From: Mustelus asterias
Lineage: Eukaryota
NCBI RefSeq assembly: GCF_964213995.1
Contig: NW_027590117.1
Span: forward strand, 4,898,001 to 4,962,000
Reading direction: 5' to 3'
Length of the DNA: 64,000 nt
The number at the start of each line of letters is the position of its first letter. Position 1 is the first letter of the stretch. The notes beneath the pieces are model-generated. The model worked only from the letters and a program-made list of their open reading frames with translations, ran no database searches and was not told the DNA's origin. A program made the translations under genes and the position numbers. This document shows positions 22,141-34,838 of the stretch, piece by piece.

Positions 22141-24805
22141 AGAACATAAGAACATAAGAAATAGGAGCAGGAGTAGGCCATCTAGCCCCTCGAGCCTGCC
22201 CCGCCATTCAATAAGATCATGGCTGATCTGACGTGGATCAGTACCACCTACCCGCCTGATCCCCATAACCCTTAATTCCCTTACCGATCAGGAATCCATC
22301 CATCCGCGCTTTAAACATATTCAGCGAGGTAGCCTCCACCACCTCAGTGGGCAAAGAATTCCAGAGATTCACCACCCTCTGGGAGAAGAAGTTCCTCCTC
22401 AACTCTGTCTTAAACCGACCCCCCTTTATTTTGAGGCTGTGTCCTCTAGTTTTAACTTCCTTACTAAGTGGAAAGAATCTCTCCGCCTCCACCCTATCCA
22501 GCCCCCGCATTATCTTATAAGTCTCCATAAGATCCCCCCTCATCCTTCTAAACTCCAACGAGTACAAACCCAATCTCCTCAGCCTCTCCTCATAATCCAA
22601 ACCCCTCATCTCCGGTATCAACCTGGTGAACCTTCTCTGCACTCCCTCCAATGCCAATATATCCTTCCTCATATAAGGGGACCAATACTGCACACAGTAT
22701 TCCAGCTGCGGCCTCACCAATGCCTTGTACAGGTGCATCAAGACATCCCTGCTTTTATATTCTATCCCCCTCGCGATATAGGCCAACATCCCATTTGCCT
22801 TCTTGATCACCTGTTGTACCTGCAGACTGGGCTTTTGCGTCTCATGCACAAGGACCCCCAGGTCCCTTTGCACGGTAGCATGTTTTAATTTGTTTCCATT
22901 GAGATAGTAATCCCATTTGTTATTATTTCCTCCAAAGTGTATAACCTCGCATTTATCAACGTTATACTCCATTTGCCATATCCTCGCCCACTCACTCAGC
23001 CTGTCCAAATCTCTCTGCAGATCTTCTCCGTCCTCCACACGATTCACTTTTCCACTTATCTTTGTGTCGTCTGCAAACTTCGTTACCCTACACTCCGTCC
23101 CCTCCTCCAGATCATCTATATAAATGGTAAACAGTTGCGGCCCGAGTACCGATCCCTGCGGCACGCCACTAGTTACCTTCCTCCAACCGGAAAAACACCC
23201 ATTTATTCCGACTCTTTGCTTCCTGTCGGATAGCCAGTCCCCAATCCACTTTAACACGCTACCCCCAACTCCGTGTGCCCTAATCCTCTTCAGCAGCCTT
23301 TTATGGGGCACCTTATCAAACGCCTTTTGGAAATTCAAAAACACCACATCCACCGGTTCTCCTCCATCAACCGCCCTAGTCACATCTTCATAAAAATCCA
23401 ACATGTTCGTCAAGCACGACTTTCCCCTCATGAATCCATGCTGCGTCTGATTGATCGAACCATTTCTATCCAGATGCCCTGCTATCTCCTCTTTAATAAT
23501 GGATTCCAGCATTTCCCCTACTACAGACGTTAAGCTGACCGGCCTATAGTTACCCGCCTTTTGTCTCCTTCCTTTTTTAAACAGCGGCGTAACATTAGCC
23601 ATTTTCCAATCAACCGGCACTACCCCAGAATGCAACGAGTTTTGATAAATAATCACTAACGCATCCACTATTACCTCTGATATTTCTTTCAATACCCTGG
23701 GATGCATTCCATCCGGACCCGGGGACTTGTCCACCTTCAGTCCCATTAGTCTACCCAGCACTGCCTCTCTGGTAACATTAATTGTATTAAGTATTTCTCC
23801 TGCTGCTAACCCTCTATCGTTAATGTTTGGCAAACTATTTGTGTCCTCCACCGTGAAGACCGACACAAAAAACTTATTTAAAGACTCAGCCATATCCTCA
23901 TTTCCCACTATTAACTCCCCCCTCTCGTCCTCCAAGGGTCCAACATTCACTCTAGCCACTCTATTCCTTTTTATATATTTATAAAAACTTTTACTATCAT
24001 TTTTTATATTAATTGCTAGCCTAGCTTCATAGTCTATCCTTCCTTTCTTTATCGCTTTCTTAGTCTCTCTTTGTTGTTTCTTAAATTTTTCCCAATCACT
24101 TGTTTCTCCACTTTTTTTGGCCACTCTGTACGCAGCTGTTTTTATTTTAATACTCTCCTTTATTTCCTTCGTTATCCACGGCTGGTTCTCCCTTTTCTTA
24201 CAATCCTTGTTTTTTGCTGGAATATATTTTTGCTGAGAACTGAAAAGGATCTCCTTAAAAATCCTCCACTGTTCCTCAGCTATCCTACCTGCCAGCCTGC
24301 TCTCCCAGTCTACCTTAGCCAATTCATCCCTCTTCCTATCATATTTCCCTCTGTTCAAACAGAGGACACTGGTTTGGGACCAAACTTTCTCCTCTTCCAT
24401 CTGAATCAGAAATTCGACCTCGACCATATTGTGGTCACTAGACCCAAGAGGGTCCTTCACAATAAGATCCTTAATTCTACCTACCTCGTTACACAATACC
24501 AGATCCAAAATAGCTCGTTCCCTCGTCGGTTCCGTAACATGCTGTTCAAGGAAACTATCCCGACAGTATTCTAAGAACTCTTCCTCCATTCCACCCTTAC
24601 TGACTTAAGTCTGCCAGTCAATGTGCATGTTGAAGTCCCCCATGATTATTGCCGTTCCGTTTTTACACGCATCCCTTATCTGCTTGTTTATAGCCCTCCC
24701 TACCTCAACATTATTATTTGGGGGCCTATATACCACACCTACTAGTGTCTTTCTCCCTCTACTATTCCTCATCTCTACCCATAATGATTCCACATTTTGT
24801 TCCTA
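22141..24805 (-). mobile_element. young CR1-clade LINE, 5'-truncated within the endonuclease
   Basis: EN motifs (VVYRPP, IMGDFN) at 24605-24793, one stop, then a 783-aa ORF; (TTCTTATG)n tail at 22141-22160. Confidence 0.92.
22238..24589 (-). CDS. CR1 ORF2 fragment (APE endonuclease C-terminus plus reverse transcriptase)
   Basis: LDLVL, SSDH, KSPGPDG, NYRPVSLTS, FQKAFDKVPH, PQGSVLGP, KFADDTK. Confidence 0.88.
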   Translation of the reverse strand: MEEEFLEYCRDSFLEQHVTEPTRERAILDLVLCNEVGRIKDLIVKDPLGSSDHNMVEVEFLIQMEEEKVWSQTSVLCLNRGKYDRKRDELAKVDWESRLAGRIAEEQWRIFKEILFSSQQKYIPAKNKDCKKRENQPWITKEIKESIKIKTAAYRVAKKSGETSDWEKFKKQQRETKKAIKKGRIDYEARLAINIKNDSKSFYKYIKRNRVARVNVGPLEDERGELIVGNEDMAESLNKFFVSVFTVEDTNSLPNINDRGLAAGEILNTINVTREAVLGRLMGLKVDKSPGPDGMHPRVLKEISEVIVDALVIIYQNSLHSGVVPVDWKMANVTPLFKKGRRQKAGNYRPVSLTSVVGEMLESIIKEEIAGHLDRNGSINQTQHGFMRGKSCLTNMLDFYEDVTRAVDGGEPVDVVFLNFQKAFDKVPHKRLLKRIRAHGVGGSVLKWIGDWLSDRKQRVGINGCFSGWRKVTSGVPQGSVLGPQLFTIYIDDLEEGTECRVTKFADDTKISGKVNRVEDGEDLQRDLDRLSEWARIWQMEYNVDKCEVIHFGGNNNKWDYYLNGNKLKHATVQRDLGVLVHETQKPSLQVQQVIKKANGMLAYIARGIEYKSRDVLMHLYKALVRPQLEYCVQYWSPYMRKDILALEGVQRRFTRLIPEMRGLDYEERLRRLGLYSLEFRRMRGDLMETYKIMRGLDRVEAERFFPLSKEVKTRGHSLKIKGGRFKTELRRNFFSQRVVNLWNSLPTEVVEATSLNMFKARMDGFLIGKGIKGYGDQAGRWY

Positions 24806-25254
24806 ATTAATATAAAATAATGAGGAGCATCGGGCAGCTAGATAGTCGATATCTTTTCCCAAAGGTAGGGGAGTCTAAAACGAGAGGGCATAGGTTTAAG
24901 GTGAGAGGGGAGAGATATAAAAGAGTCCAGAGGTGCAATTTTTTCACCCAGAAGGTGATAAGTGTCTGGAACAAGCTGCCACAGTTGTAGTAGAGGTGGG
25001 TACAATTTTGTCTGTTAAGAAGCGTTGAGACAGTTACATGGGTAAGATAGGTACAGAGGGATATGGGCCAAATGCAGGCAATTGGGACTAGATTAGGGGG
25101 TTAAAAAACGGGGTGGTATGGACCAGTTGGGCCAAAGGGCCTGTTTCCATGCTGTAAACCTCTGACTCGATGACACTTTGTGTGATTACACACATGCTTT
25201 CCAAACCTATCCTTGTATTCCACTGCGATTCCTTCTTCATCTACTCCTACCTTA

Positions 25255-26890
25255 TATGATTTGATTTATTATTTTCACGTGTATGAGTATGCAGTGAAAA
25301 TTACTGTTTCTTGCGCGCTATATAGACAAAGCATACCTTTCATAGAGAAGTAAAGGAGAGAGTGCAGAATGTAGTCATAGCTAGGGTGTAGAGAAAGATC
25401 AACTTAATGCAAGGTAGGTCCATTCAAAAGTCTGGCAGCAGCAGGGAAGAAACTGTTCTTGAGTCGGTTGGTACGTGACCTCAGACTTTTCTATCTTTTT
25501 CCCAACGGAAGAAGGTGGAAGAGATGATGTCCGGGGTGAGTGGGGTCCTGAATTCTGCTGGCTGGCAGCAGGAAGTGTATACAGAGTCAATGGATGGGAG
25601 GCTGGTTTGCGTGATGGATTGGGCTACATTCACAACATTTTGTAGTTTCTTGCAGTCTTGGGCAGAGCAGGAGCCAAACCAAGTTGTGATACAACCAGAA
25701 ATAATGCTTTCTATGGTGCATCTCTAACAGTTGGTGAGAGTCGTAGCTGATGTGCTAAATTTCTTTAGTCTGCTGAGAAAGTATAGACGTTGGTGGTGCT
25801 TTCTTAACTATAGTGTCGGCATGAGCCGGACCAGGACAGGTTGTTGGTGATCTGGACACCTAAAAACATGAAGCTATCGACCATTTCTACTTCGTCCCCG
25901 TTAATGTAGACAGGGGCATGTTCTCTCTTATGCTTCCTGAAGTAGATGACAATCTCCTTCATTTTGTTGACATTGGGGGACAGATTATTGTCACTGCACC
26001 AGTTCACCAGATTCTCTATCTCGTTCCTGAACTCTCTCATCATTGTTTGCGATCCGGCCCACTGCGGTGGTGTCGTCAGCAAACTTGAAAATCGAATTGG
26101 AGGGGAATTTGGCCACACAGTCACAGGAGTATAGTAGGGGGCTGAGAACATAGCCTTGTGGGGCACCAGTGTTGGGGATGATCGTGGAGGAGGTGTTGTT
26201 GCTTCTCCTTTCTGATTGTGGCCTGTGGGTTAGGAAGTTCAATATCCAGTCGCAGAGAGAGGAGCCGAGGTCCAGGCCACGGAGTTTGGAGATGAGTTTT
26301 GTAGGAATATTGGTGTTGAAGGCTGAGCTGTAGTCAATAAATAGAAGTCTGCTGTAAGTGTCTTTGTTATCGAGGTGTTCCAGGGCTGAGTGCAGGGGCA
26401 GGGAGATGGCGTCTGCTGTGTCCTGTTGCGCTGGTAGGCGAACTGTCGTGCATCCAGATAGTCTGGGAGGCTGGAATTGATTTGTGCCATGATCTTTCAA
26501 TGCACTTCTTAATGATGGATGTCTGAGCCACTGGATAATGGTCATTGAGGCACGCTGCTTAGCTTTTCTTTGGTACTGGGATGATGGTCGTCGTCTTGAA
26601 ACAGGTAGGGACCTCAGATTGTTGTAACAAGAGGTTGAAGATGTCTGCGAATGCGCCCGCCAGCTGATCCATGCAGGATCTGAGTGCTTGTCCGGGTACC
26701 CCATCCGAGGCAGTCACTTTCCTTGGGTTGACCTCTGAGAAAGCTGCTCTGACATTTGCAATGGTGACCTCAGATACAGATTCATCTCAGGCTTCCAGGG
26801 TGGAGCGCGTGCTCTCGCTGACCTCTTGCTCAGAGCGGGCACAGAATGCATTGAGCTCATCAGGGAGGCGTGCGTTGGAGCCGGTGATTT
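25255..26890 (-). mobile_element. Rex1/Babar-type LINE, degenerate
   Basis: [39 protein letters not shown] motifs in broken frames; 3' tail with (AAATC)n. Confidence 0.8.
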
Positions 26891-26969
26891 TTGTTCTTTC
26901 TCTAGATATTCCTCTTTTCCACTTCTATATAATGGTGCCCATCCCCCTGCCAGTTTAGTTCAAACCCTC

Positions 26970-27600
26970 CTCGTCCACATGAGTGACCCTCTCCATGAGG
27001 ACACAGGCATTGAGTACAGAATCATGCAAGTTATGCTGAGCCTTTAGAAAACTCTGATTGGATCACAGCTGAAGCATTGAGTCCAGTTCTGCTCAGCACA
27101 CTTGAGGAAACATGTGACGGTGGTTCAGCGGGTGCAGAGGAGATTGACCAGAATGGTTTCAGCAATGAGGGGTTTTAGCCACAAAGTTAGGTTGCAGAAG
27201 CTGGGGTTGATCTTTTTGGAGCAAAGCAGATTGAGAGAGAGATCTGATAGAGGTGGACAGGATTATGGCTGGTGTGGTTCAGGTAGACAAAGAAAAGCTA
27301 ATCCCAATCACTGATAGTTTAAGGACGAGGGGGCACAAGTTGAAGGTTTTGGAAGACATACTGGGGGGATGTGTGGAAGAACTTCTCATGCAGTGAGTGA
27401 CAACCTGGAAGTTGCTGTCTCTGAGGTTGGAAGCCGAGATGATGAATTATTTCAAAGAGGAATTTGGAGGGACATTTGAGGGAAATAAACTTGTCGGGCT
27501 ATGGGGATAGAGCAGGAGAATGGGACTGACTGGATTGCTCCATGGAGAACCAGCATGGACTGGATGTGGCGAATGGCCTCCTTCCATACGGTAATGACTC
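26970..27600 (+). mobile_element. old CR1-like LINE 3' fragment
   Basis: RVQRRLTRM and LGLIFLEQSRLR motifs; GGCGAATGGCC 3' stem. Confidence 0.6.
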
Positions 27601-28029
27601 TAATTCCAGTCTCCCCTGGTTTGCTGTGATTGGACAGTGAAGATTGGAAGCAGAGGCAGACAGTCAGGATGTGGGGAGTTAGACAAAGAGCAGCTCTTGC
27701 AGGCACCAGGTGAGAACGAGGATGGACACATTTTAAACAGAGACTGTTTGGTTTTGATTACGATCTGGTTAATCACACGGGAGCAATGAATGGAAATATG
27801 AACATTACAAATGTCCCTGCTCCATCCGGTTATCCCATTCATGGAGCAGTGCAGGGTTTCAGTTCTATCTGAATGTCATTGAATTGTCATAGCACCTACC
27901 GCCACTGATCATGCATCTCTTACACAGACACTGAGGCCTGCAGTCACACATTGACAATGTTTGTATCACTGGGGTTCCTTTGTGGATGTTCATTATGATT
28001 ATGTACTGAGATTTATAAATTACTAAAAC

Positions 28030-30870
28030 TGCTCTTTTAAATTTATTTGCAAGACAAGAGATCCTCTGACCTCGGAAGGGAGACCCCGACCTGGCAGTGA
28101 CCCGGAGAACCCGAACACGTGGACCCAGCCGTGACCCCATCCACTAACCGGCCTTCAACCCGTCCATGCCGGAGTGTGGTGTGAACACCCTCCAAACTCA
28201 AACCGCAGCCCGACAGCGACCCGGAACTCCCGACCGCTCAGACCCGACTGCCGACACAGGAACCGTGACCATGGCAACAAATCCTCCACCCACACACCAA
28301 CCAAAGCGGAAACAGGATACAGCTACACCCTTGATCCCACAGACTAAACACCGTCTCACAGGCACGACAGGAAGCAGCCACCCCAGGAAGCGTGGGAAAC
28401 GCGCAGGCTTGCAGGTGAGACTGAAACAATGTGGTTCCAAGGCCCCCCTCCCCAGCTTACTCCTGGCAAATGTTCCATCTCTGGAACACAATCTAGATGA
28501 ACTTAAAACCAGACTCACTTTTCAAAGGGAACTGAGAGACTGCTGTGTGCTCTGTTTCACGGACAGTGCCCTACAACCTCAGGGCTTCTCCATCCACCGA
28601 ATGGACCGTACAGCGGCCTCAGATAAGCACCTGAATGAGTACGTCACTACAGTAACTGACTTCCTTAGTCATTGCATAGAAGACTGACCAAAGAAGCAAA
28701 TCCATGTTTTTCCCAACCGGAAAGCATGGATGAACAGGGATATCCACTGCTTCCTGAAGTCCAGGTCCGAGGGGTTCCAGTCAGGGGACCCTGAACTGTA
28801 AAGAAATCCAGATGTGACCTCCAGGGAACCATCAAAGATGCCAAGTGCCAGTACCGGACCAGGCTAGAGTCCGAGGCTCGCCACATGGACTCCCACCGTT
28901 TATGGTAAGGTCTGAAAGGCATAACAGGCTACCAGATGAAGGCATGTCGAATTGCCAGCGACAATGCCCCTCTCCCTGATGGGCTCAATGCATTCTATGT
29001 CTGTTTTGAGGAAGAGAGAGGATGCCCTCCACTCTGAAAGCCTTGGCCGAACTGTATCCGAGGTCACCATCACAGACTTCAGATCAGCCGCCTTGAAAGT
29101 TAACCCGCGGAAAGCGACTGGCCTGGATGGGGTATGGGGACAGGCACTTAGATCCAGCGAGGACCAGCTGGCAGGGGTATTCGCTGACATCTTTAACCTC
29201 TCCTTTCACCAATCTGAGGTCCCTATCTGCTTCAAGAAGATGACATCATCCCTGTACCAAAGAAAAGCCAGGCATCGTGCCTTCATGACTATTGCCTGGT
29301 AGCTCTGACATCCATCATTATGAACTGCTTCGAAAGGTTAGTCATGGCACGGATCAGCTCCAGTCTCCCAGATTGCCTGGATCCACGACAGTTTACCTAC
29401 TGCTGCAACAGGTCCACAGTAGATGCCATCTCCCTGACCGTACACTCAACCCTGGAACACCTGGATAACAAAGACACATGTCAGATTTCCATTTATTGAT
29501 TACAGCTCAGCCTTCAACACCATTATTCCTACAAAACCCATCTTCAAACACCATGGCTAGGGCTTGGTTCCTCCCTCTGCGACTGCATCCTCGACTTCTT
29601 AACCCACAGACCGCAATTAGTAAAGATAAGCAACGACACCTCCTCCATGATTATTCTCAACACCAGTGCCCCACAAGGCTGTATCCTCAACCCCTCACGA
29701 TGCTCCTTATACACTTATGACCGTGTGGCCAAATTCCGCTTCAAATCTATTTTCAAGTTTGCTGATGATACCACCATAGCGGGTCGGATCTCAAACAATG
29801 ATGAGACGGACTATAGGAATGAGATAGAGAATCTGGTAAATTAGGGCAACGACAATAATCTCTCCCTCAATGTCAACCAAACAAAGGGGATTGTCATTAA
29901 CTTCAGGAAGCATCGTGGAGGACATGCCCCTGTCTACATCAATGGGGGTGAAATGGAAATTGTCGAGAGCTTCAGATTTCTGGGTGTCGAGATCATCAAT
30001 AACTTGTCCTGGTCCTACCACGCTGACACTATAGTTAAGTAAGACCTCTAATTTCTCAGGAGGCTAAGGAAATTCAGCATTGCCTGTGTGGAGTTTGCAC
30101 ATTCTCCTCGTGTCTGCGTGGGTTTCCTCCGGGTGCTCCGGTTTCCTCCCACAGTCCAAAGATGTGCGGGTTAGGTTGATTGGCCATGCTAAAATTGCCC
30201 CTTAGTGTCCTGAGATGTGTAGGTTAGAGGGAATTGTGGGTAAATGTGTAGGGATATGGGTAGGGCCTGGGTGGGATTGTGGTCGGTGCAGACTCGATGG
30301 GCCAGATGGCCTCTTTCTGCACTGTCGGGTTTCTATAATTTCTATGATTTCCGCTATGACTCTCACCAAGTTTTTCAGATGCACCAAAGAAAATACCCTT
30401 TCCAGATGTATCACAGCTTGGTATGGCTCCTGCTCTTACCAAGACCGCCTTAAACTACGAACAGTTCTTATAGTAGCGCAGTCCATCACACAAATCAGCC
30501 TCCCATCCATTGACTCCGTCTGCACTTCCCATCACGTCAGAAAAGCAGCCACCATAATCAAAGACCCCCATGCACCCCGGACATTCTCTCTTCCATCTTC
30601 TTTCAACAGGAAAAAGATACAAACATCTGAGATCATGTACCAACCAACTCAAGAACCGCATCTTCCCTGCTGCCATCAGACTTTTGAATGGACCTATCTT
30701 ATATTGATCTTTTGCTGCAGACTAGTTATGAATGTAACACTACATTCTGCACTCTGTCATTTCTTTCTCCCCATGTACTCTATGAATGGTATGCTTTGCT
30801 TGTATAGCGCACAAGAAAAAATACTTTTCACAGTCTGCCAATACATGTGACAACAGTAAATCAAATTGAA
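28030..30870 (+). mobile_element. Rex1/Babar-type LINE with internal deletion and nested SINE
   Basis: [47 protein letters not shown] motifs; SINE at 30083-30347. Confidence 0.8.
30083..30347 (+). mobile_element. HE1-type V-SINE, 5'-truncated
   Basis: V-domain and 3' tail match the copy at 6101-6440. Confidence 0.85.
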
Positions 30871-31989
30871 CAAGGGCTGTGTATTATTCCCTCACCTGTA
30901 AGTGAGTAAATTATTCCTGACAGGCAAATCATTGAACCAATCAATGTGAGTTTGAAGTTTCCTCACCTGAGTTGCAGTGAACAGTGCAGCGAGCTCCTCA
31001 CACACAGTATGTCTGTTCTCTCTCAGAGTGCATCAGTTCCACAGTCTCAGGCAGCAGAACCGGTTGCAGAGACACATTTTCAATCCAACAATCAATCAGA
31101 GCAGGAGAGACAGACATTGTTTCCATGTCATCCCAAGTCAGTACCACTGACAGGTAGATACATAAATCCCAGTCCAAATTCTCACCCGCTATCAGATTGT
31201 CAGTGTGTCATGCCTGCAATATTGTCGCATTAGTTGCAATTCAATTAAATACCAGATAGAACTGAATGATTGTATAATCTGAGACACACACTGATTATTG
31301 TAATAAGGATACATATAAATTGGTACAAACTGAGATACAGATCACATAGCTGACTTAAAGCCTCAGACGTGTAGGGCAGAAATTGTAATAATTCTCACAG
31401 TCAAACTGAGCTCAACATTCAAGTATAAAGTTCTCCCAAACACAGTGAATGATAAAGGAATCAATTTGATTATTAAAATGTGAATTACACTTACCTTTAC
31501 TTAACAATGGCGTGTTAGATGAAAAGATGCATGATCCTCCACAATTGTGCTCACACAAAGTGATTTAATACAAGGCAAAAATTAGAATTTTTTTTGAAAA
31601 TACCTACAGCATCAATGGCCTGTTTCTGCACTGAAATTTCAATGTGGAATGAATCCAGACTGTTAAACTGTCCCAGAGCCTTCGGTTATGTAATGAATCC
31701 CACACTGTCAGAGTAACAGTGACTGACAGATTCAGAAACATTCTCCAGCACATGTCCATTACCAGACACTGACAGATACAGACTGTTACTGAACTCACTG
31801 ACAACACCTGAGCCTGATCCTGAATGACACTAATCAGTCTGACACACAGATATGGTAGTACTAATAGAGTCCAGAAATCATCACAAACCCACACAGACTG
31901 ATGAATGTGCCAGACGACACACCCCATATTAAAGAAAGGGAATTACGGACCCACATTTTCTTACATATTTTCCACATTCCCATAGTGGT

Positions 31990-33840
31990 CGCTGCATATT
32001 TATCCACATTATACCATATCTGCCATGCAGATGCCCACACACTCAGCCTGTCCAAATCACGCTGGAGGATCTCTGCATGCTCCTCACAGCTCACCCTCCA
32101 ACCCAATATTGTATCATCTACATGTTTGGAGATAATACATTTAGTTCCTGTGTCCAAATCATTAATATATAGTATGAACAGTTGGGGTCCAAGCACAGAT
32201 CCCTGCGGTACCCCACTAATCACTGCCTTCCAATTGGAAAAAGACCCATTTATGCCATCTCTTTGCTTCCTGTCTGCTAACCAGCTTTCTATCCATCTCA
32301 AGACGCTACCCACAATCCCATGTAGAACAATACAGCACAGGAACAGGCCCTTCGGCCCTCCAAGCCCGCGCCGCTCCCCGGTCCAGGATTGAATCCTGAA
32401 TCCAGGATCCCCGCCCAATTTTCCAGCCTATCTACATCCTAATATCCTATCCACCGAGCTGTCCCTCACAGCTACGATGCTTTGTTCATCACAACCTATT
32501 AACTCACCCCCACCCCCCCATTCCAGACCATGTGATCTCCAGGGAGAGGCGAAAACCCAGAGTAAAAACCCCAGGGCCAATATGGGGAAAAAAAAATCTG
32601 GGAATTTCCTCTCCGACCCCCTGAGGCGATCGAAACAAGTCCAGGAGATCACACTGGCCCTGATCAGAAAATGCTTCCCAACCCTATTAATTTCCACTTC
32701 TGCTTTACGAACACCATCTGAATTCCCTGCCCCCGAGACAGGTTCCCAACTATCCGCAGTCTCGCTCTGTACTGGCAACAGCAAGATGATCATAGAATGA
32801 AGACTTGAAACGAGAAACAAAGAACAATTAGCCCGCGCCGCTCCCTGGTCCAAACTAGACCACTCTTTTGTATCCCTCCATTCCCACTCCGTTCATATAG
32901 CTGTCTAGATAAGTCTTAAACGTTCCCAGTGTGTCCGCCTCCACCACCTTGCCCGGCAACACATTGCAGGCCCCCACGACCCTCTGTGTAAAATATGTCC
33001 TTCTGATATCTGTGTTAAACCTCCCCCCCTTCACCTTGAACCTATGACCCCTCGTGAACGTCACCACCGACCCAGGGAAAAGCTTCCCACCGTTCACCCT
33101 ATCTATGCCTTTCATAATTTTATACACCGCTATTAAGTCTCCCCTCATCCTCCATCTTTCCAAGGAGAACAACCCCAGTTTCCCCAATCTCTCCTCATAA
33201 CCAAGCCCCTCCATACCAGGCAACATCCTGGTAAACCTCCTCTGTACCCTCTCCAAAGCCTCCACTTTAACTTTACATAGTAGCAGAGTGGCACGGCAGC
33301 ACAGTGGTTGGCACTGCTGTCTCACAGCGCCAGGGAGCCGGGTTCGATTCCTGGCTTGGGTCACTTGTGGAGTTTGCATGTTCCCTCTGTGTCTGCGTGC
33401 GTTTCCTCTGGATGCTCTGGTTTCCTCCCACAGTCTGAAAGGCATGCTGGTTAGTTGCATTGGCCATGCTAAATTCTCTCAATCTACCCAAACAGGCGGC
33501 AGAGTATGGCGACTGGGGGATTTTCACAATAACTTCATTGCAGTGTTAATGTAAACCTACTTGTGACACTAATAAACAAACTTTAAACTTTATAACTTAA
33601 AACCGTTATGTAAGACCTTGTCCAAAGCCTTCTGAAAGTCGAAATAAATCACATCCACCGGTTCTCCCTGGTCAACTCTACTAGTTACATCCTCAAAGAA
33701 TTCTAGTAGTTTTGTCAAGCATGATTTCCCTTTTGTAAATCCATGCTGACTTTATCTGATTAGAACACTGCTTTTCAAACGCTTGATAATGGACTCCAGC
33801 AACTGCCCTACGACCGACGTTCAGCTCACTGGTCATTGGT
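31990..33840 (-). mobile_element. CR1 fragment with nested LINE 3' end (32323-33265) and V-SINE (33283-33590, +)
   Basis: RT motifs in ORFs 31861-32418 and 32855-33460; tRNA head GTGGCACGGCAGCACAGTGG at ~33290. Confidence 0.75.
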
Positions 33841-34024
33841 TCCCTCTTTCCTGTAACACTACATTCTGAACTCTCTCATTTCCTTCTCTATGAACGGTAT
33901 GTTTTGTCTGGATAGCGCGCAAGAAACAATATGTTAATACATGTGACAATAATAAATCAAATCAAATCAAATCCTCTCTACTTCTGATTTTGAATACAGG
34001 GCTTAAATTAATTACCTCTCTATC

Positions 34025-34838
34025 CCCTGAAGGTGCTGACTCTGGCTGGGTTCAGTTCTACACTCACTGGTTCCTCTCTCTCCGCTGAAGCTGCTGACTC
34101 TGGCTGGGTTCAATTCTACACTCACTCGTTCCTCGCTCTCTCCTGAAGGTGCTGACTCTGGCTGGGTTCAGTTCTACACTCACTGATTCCTCTCACTCTC
34201 TCCTAAAGGTGCTGACTCTGGCTGGGTTCAGTTCTACACTCACTGGTTCCTCTCTCTCTCCTGAAGGTGCTGACTCTGGCTGGGTTCAATTCTACACTCA
34301 CTGGTTCCTCTCTCTCTTTCTCCTGAAGGTGCTGACTCTGGCTGGGTTCAATTCTACACTCACTGATTCCTCTCTCTCTCTCTATTGAAGGTGCTGACTC
34401 TAGCTGGTTCAGTTCTACACTCACTGGTTCCTCTCTCTCTCTCTATTGAAGGTGCTGACTCTAGCTGGTTCAGTTCTACACTCACTGGTTCCTCTCTCTC
34501 TCTCTATTGAAGGTGCTGACTCTGGCTGTGTTCAGTTCCACACTCACTGGTTCCTCTCTCTATCCCCTGAAGGTGCTGACTCTGGCTGGGTTCAGTTCCA
34601 CACTCACTGGTTGCTCTCTCTCTCCTGAAGGTGCTGACTCTGGCTGTGTTCAGTTCCACACTCACTGGTTCCTCTCTTTCTATTGAAGGTGCTGACTCTG
34701 GCTGGGTTCAGTTCTACACTCACTGGTTCCTCTCTCTCTCTCCTGAAGGTGCTGACTCTGGCTGTGTTCAGTTCTACACTCACTGATTCCTCTCTCTCTC
34801 TCTCCTGAAGGTGCTGACTCTGGCTGGGTTCAGTTCAG
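34025..34838. repeat. minisatellite, about 14 copies of a ~57-62-bp unit
   Basis: Unit CCTGAAGGTGCTGACTCTGGCTGGGTTCAGTTCTACACTCACTGGTTCC(TC)n; length varies in the (TC)n linker. Confidence 0.95.

Larger units (their letters stand above)
20125..25170 (+). mobile_element. host CR1 LINE 3' part, split by nested Penelope palindrome and younger CR1 insertions
   Basis: Collinear RT C-terminal pieces at 20125-20433, 21555-21660, 21940-22140 and 24810-25170. Confidence 0.7.

Noticed and set aside
34025-34838. CRISPR-like array
   Set aside because: No unique spacers (the linkers are (TC)n), no cas genes, and a eukaryotic context.
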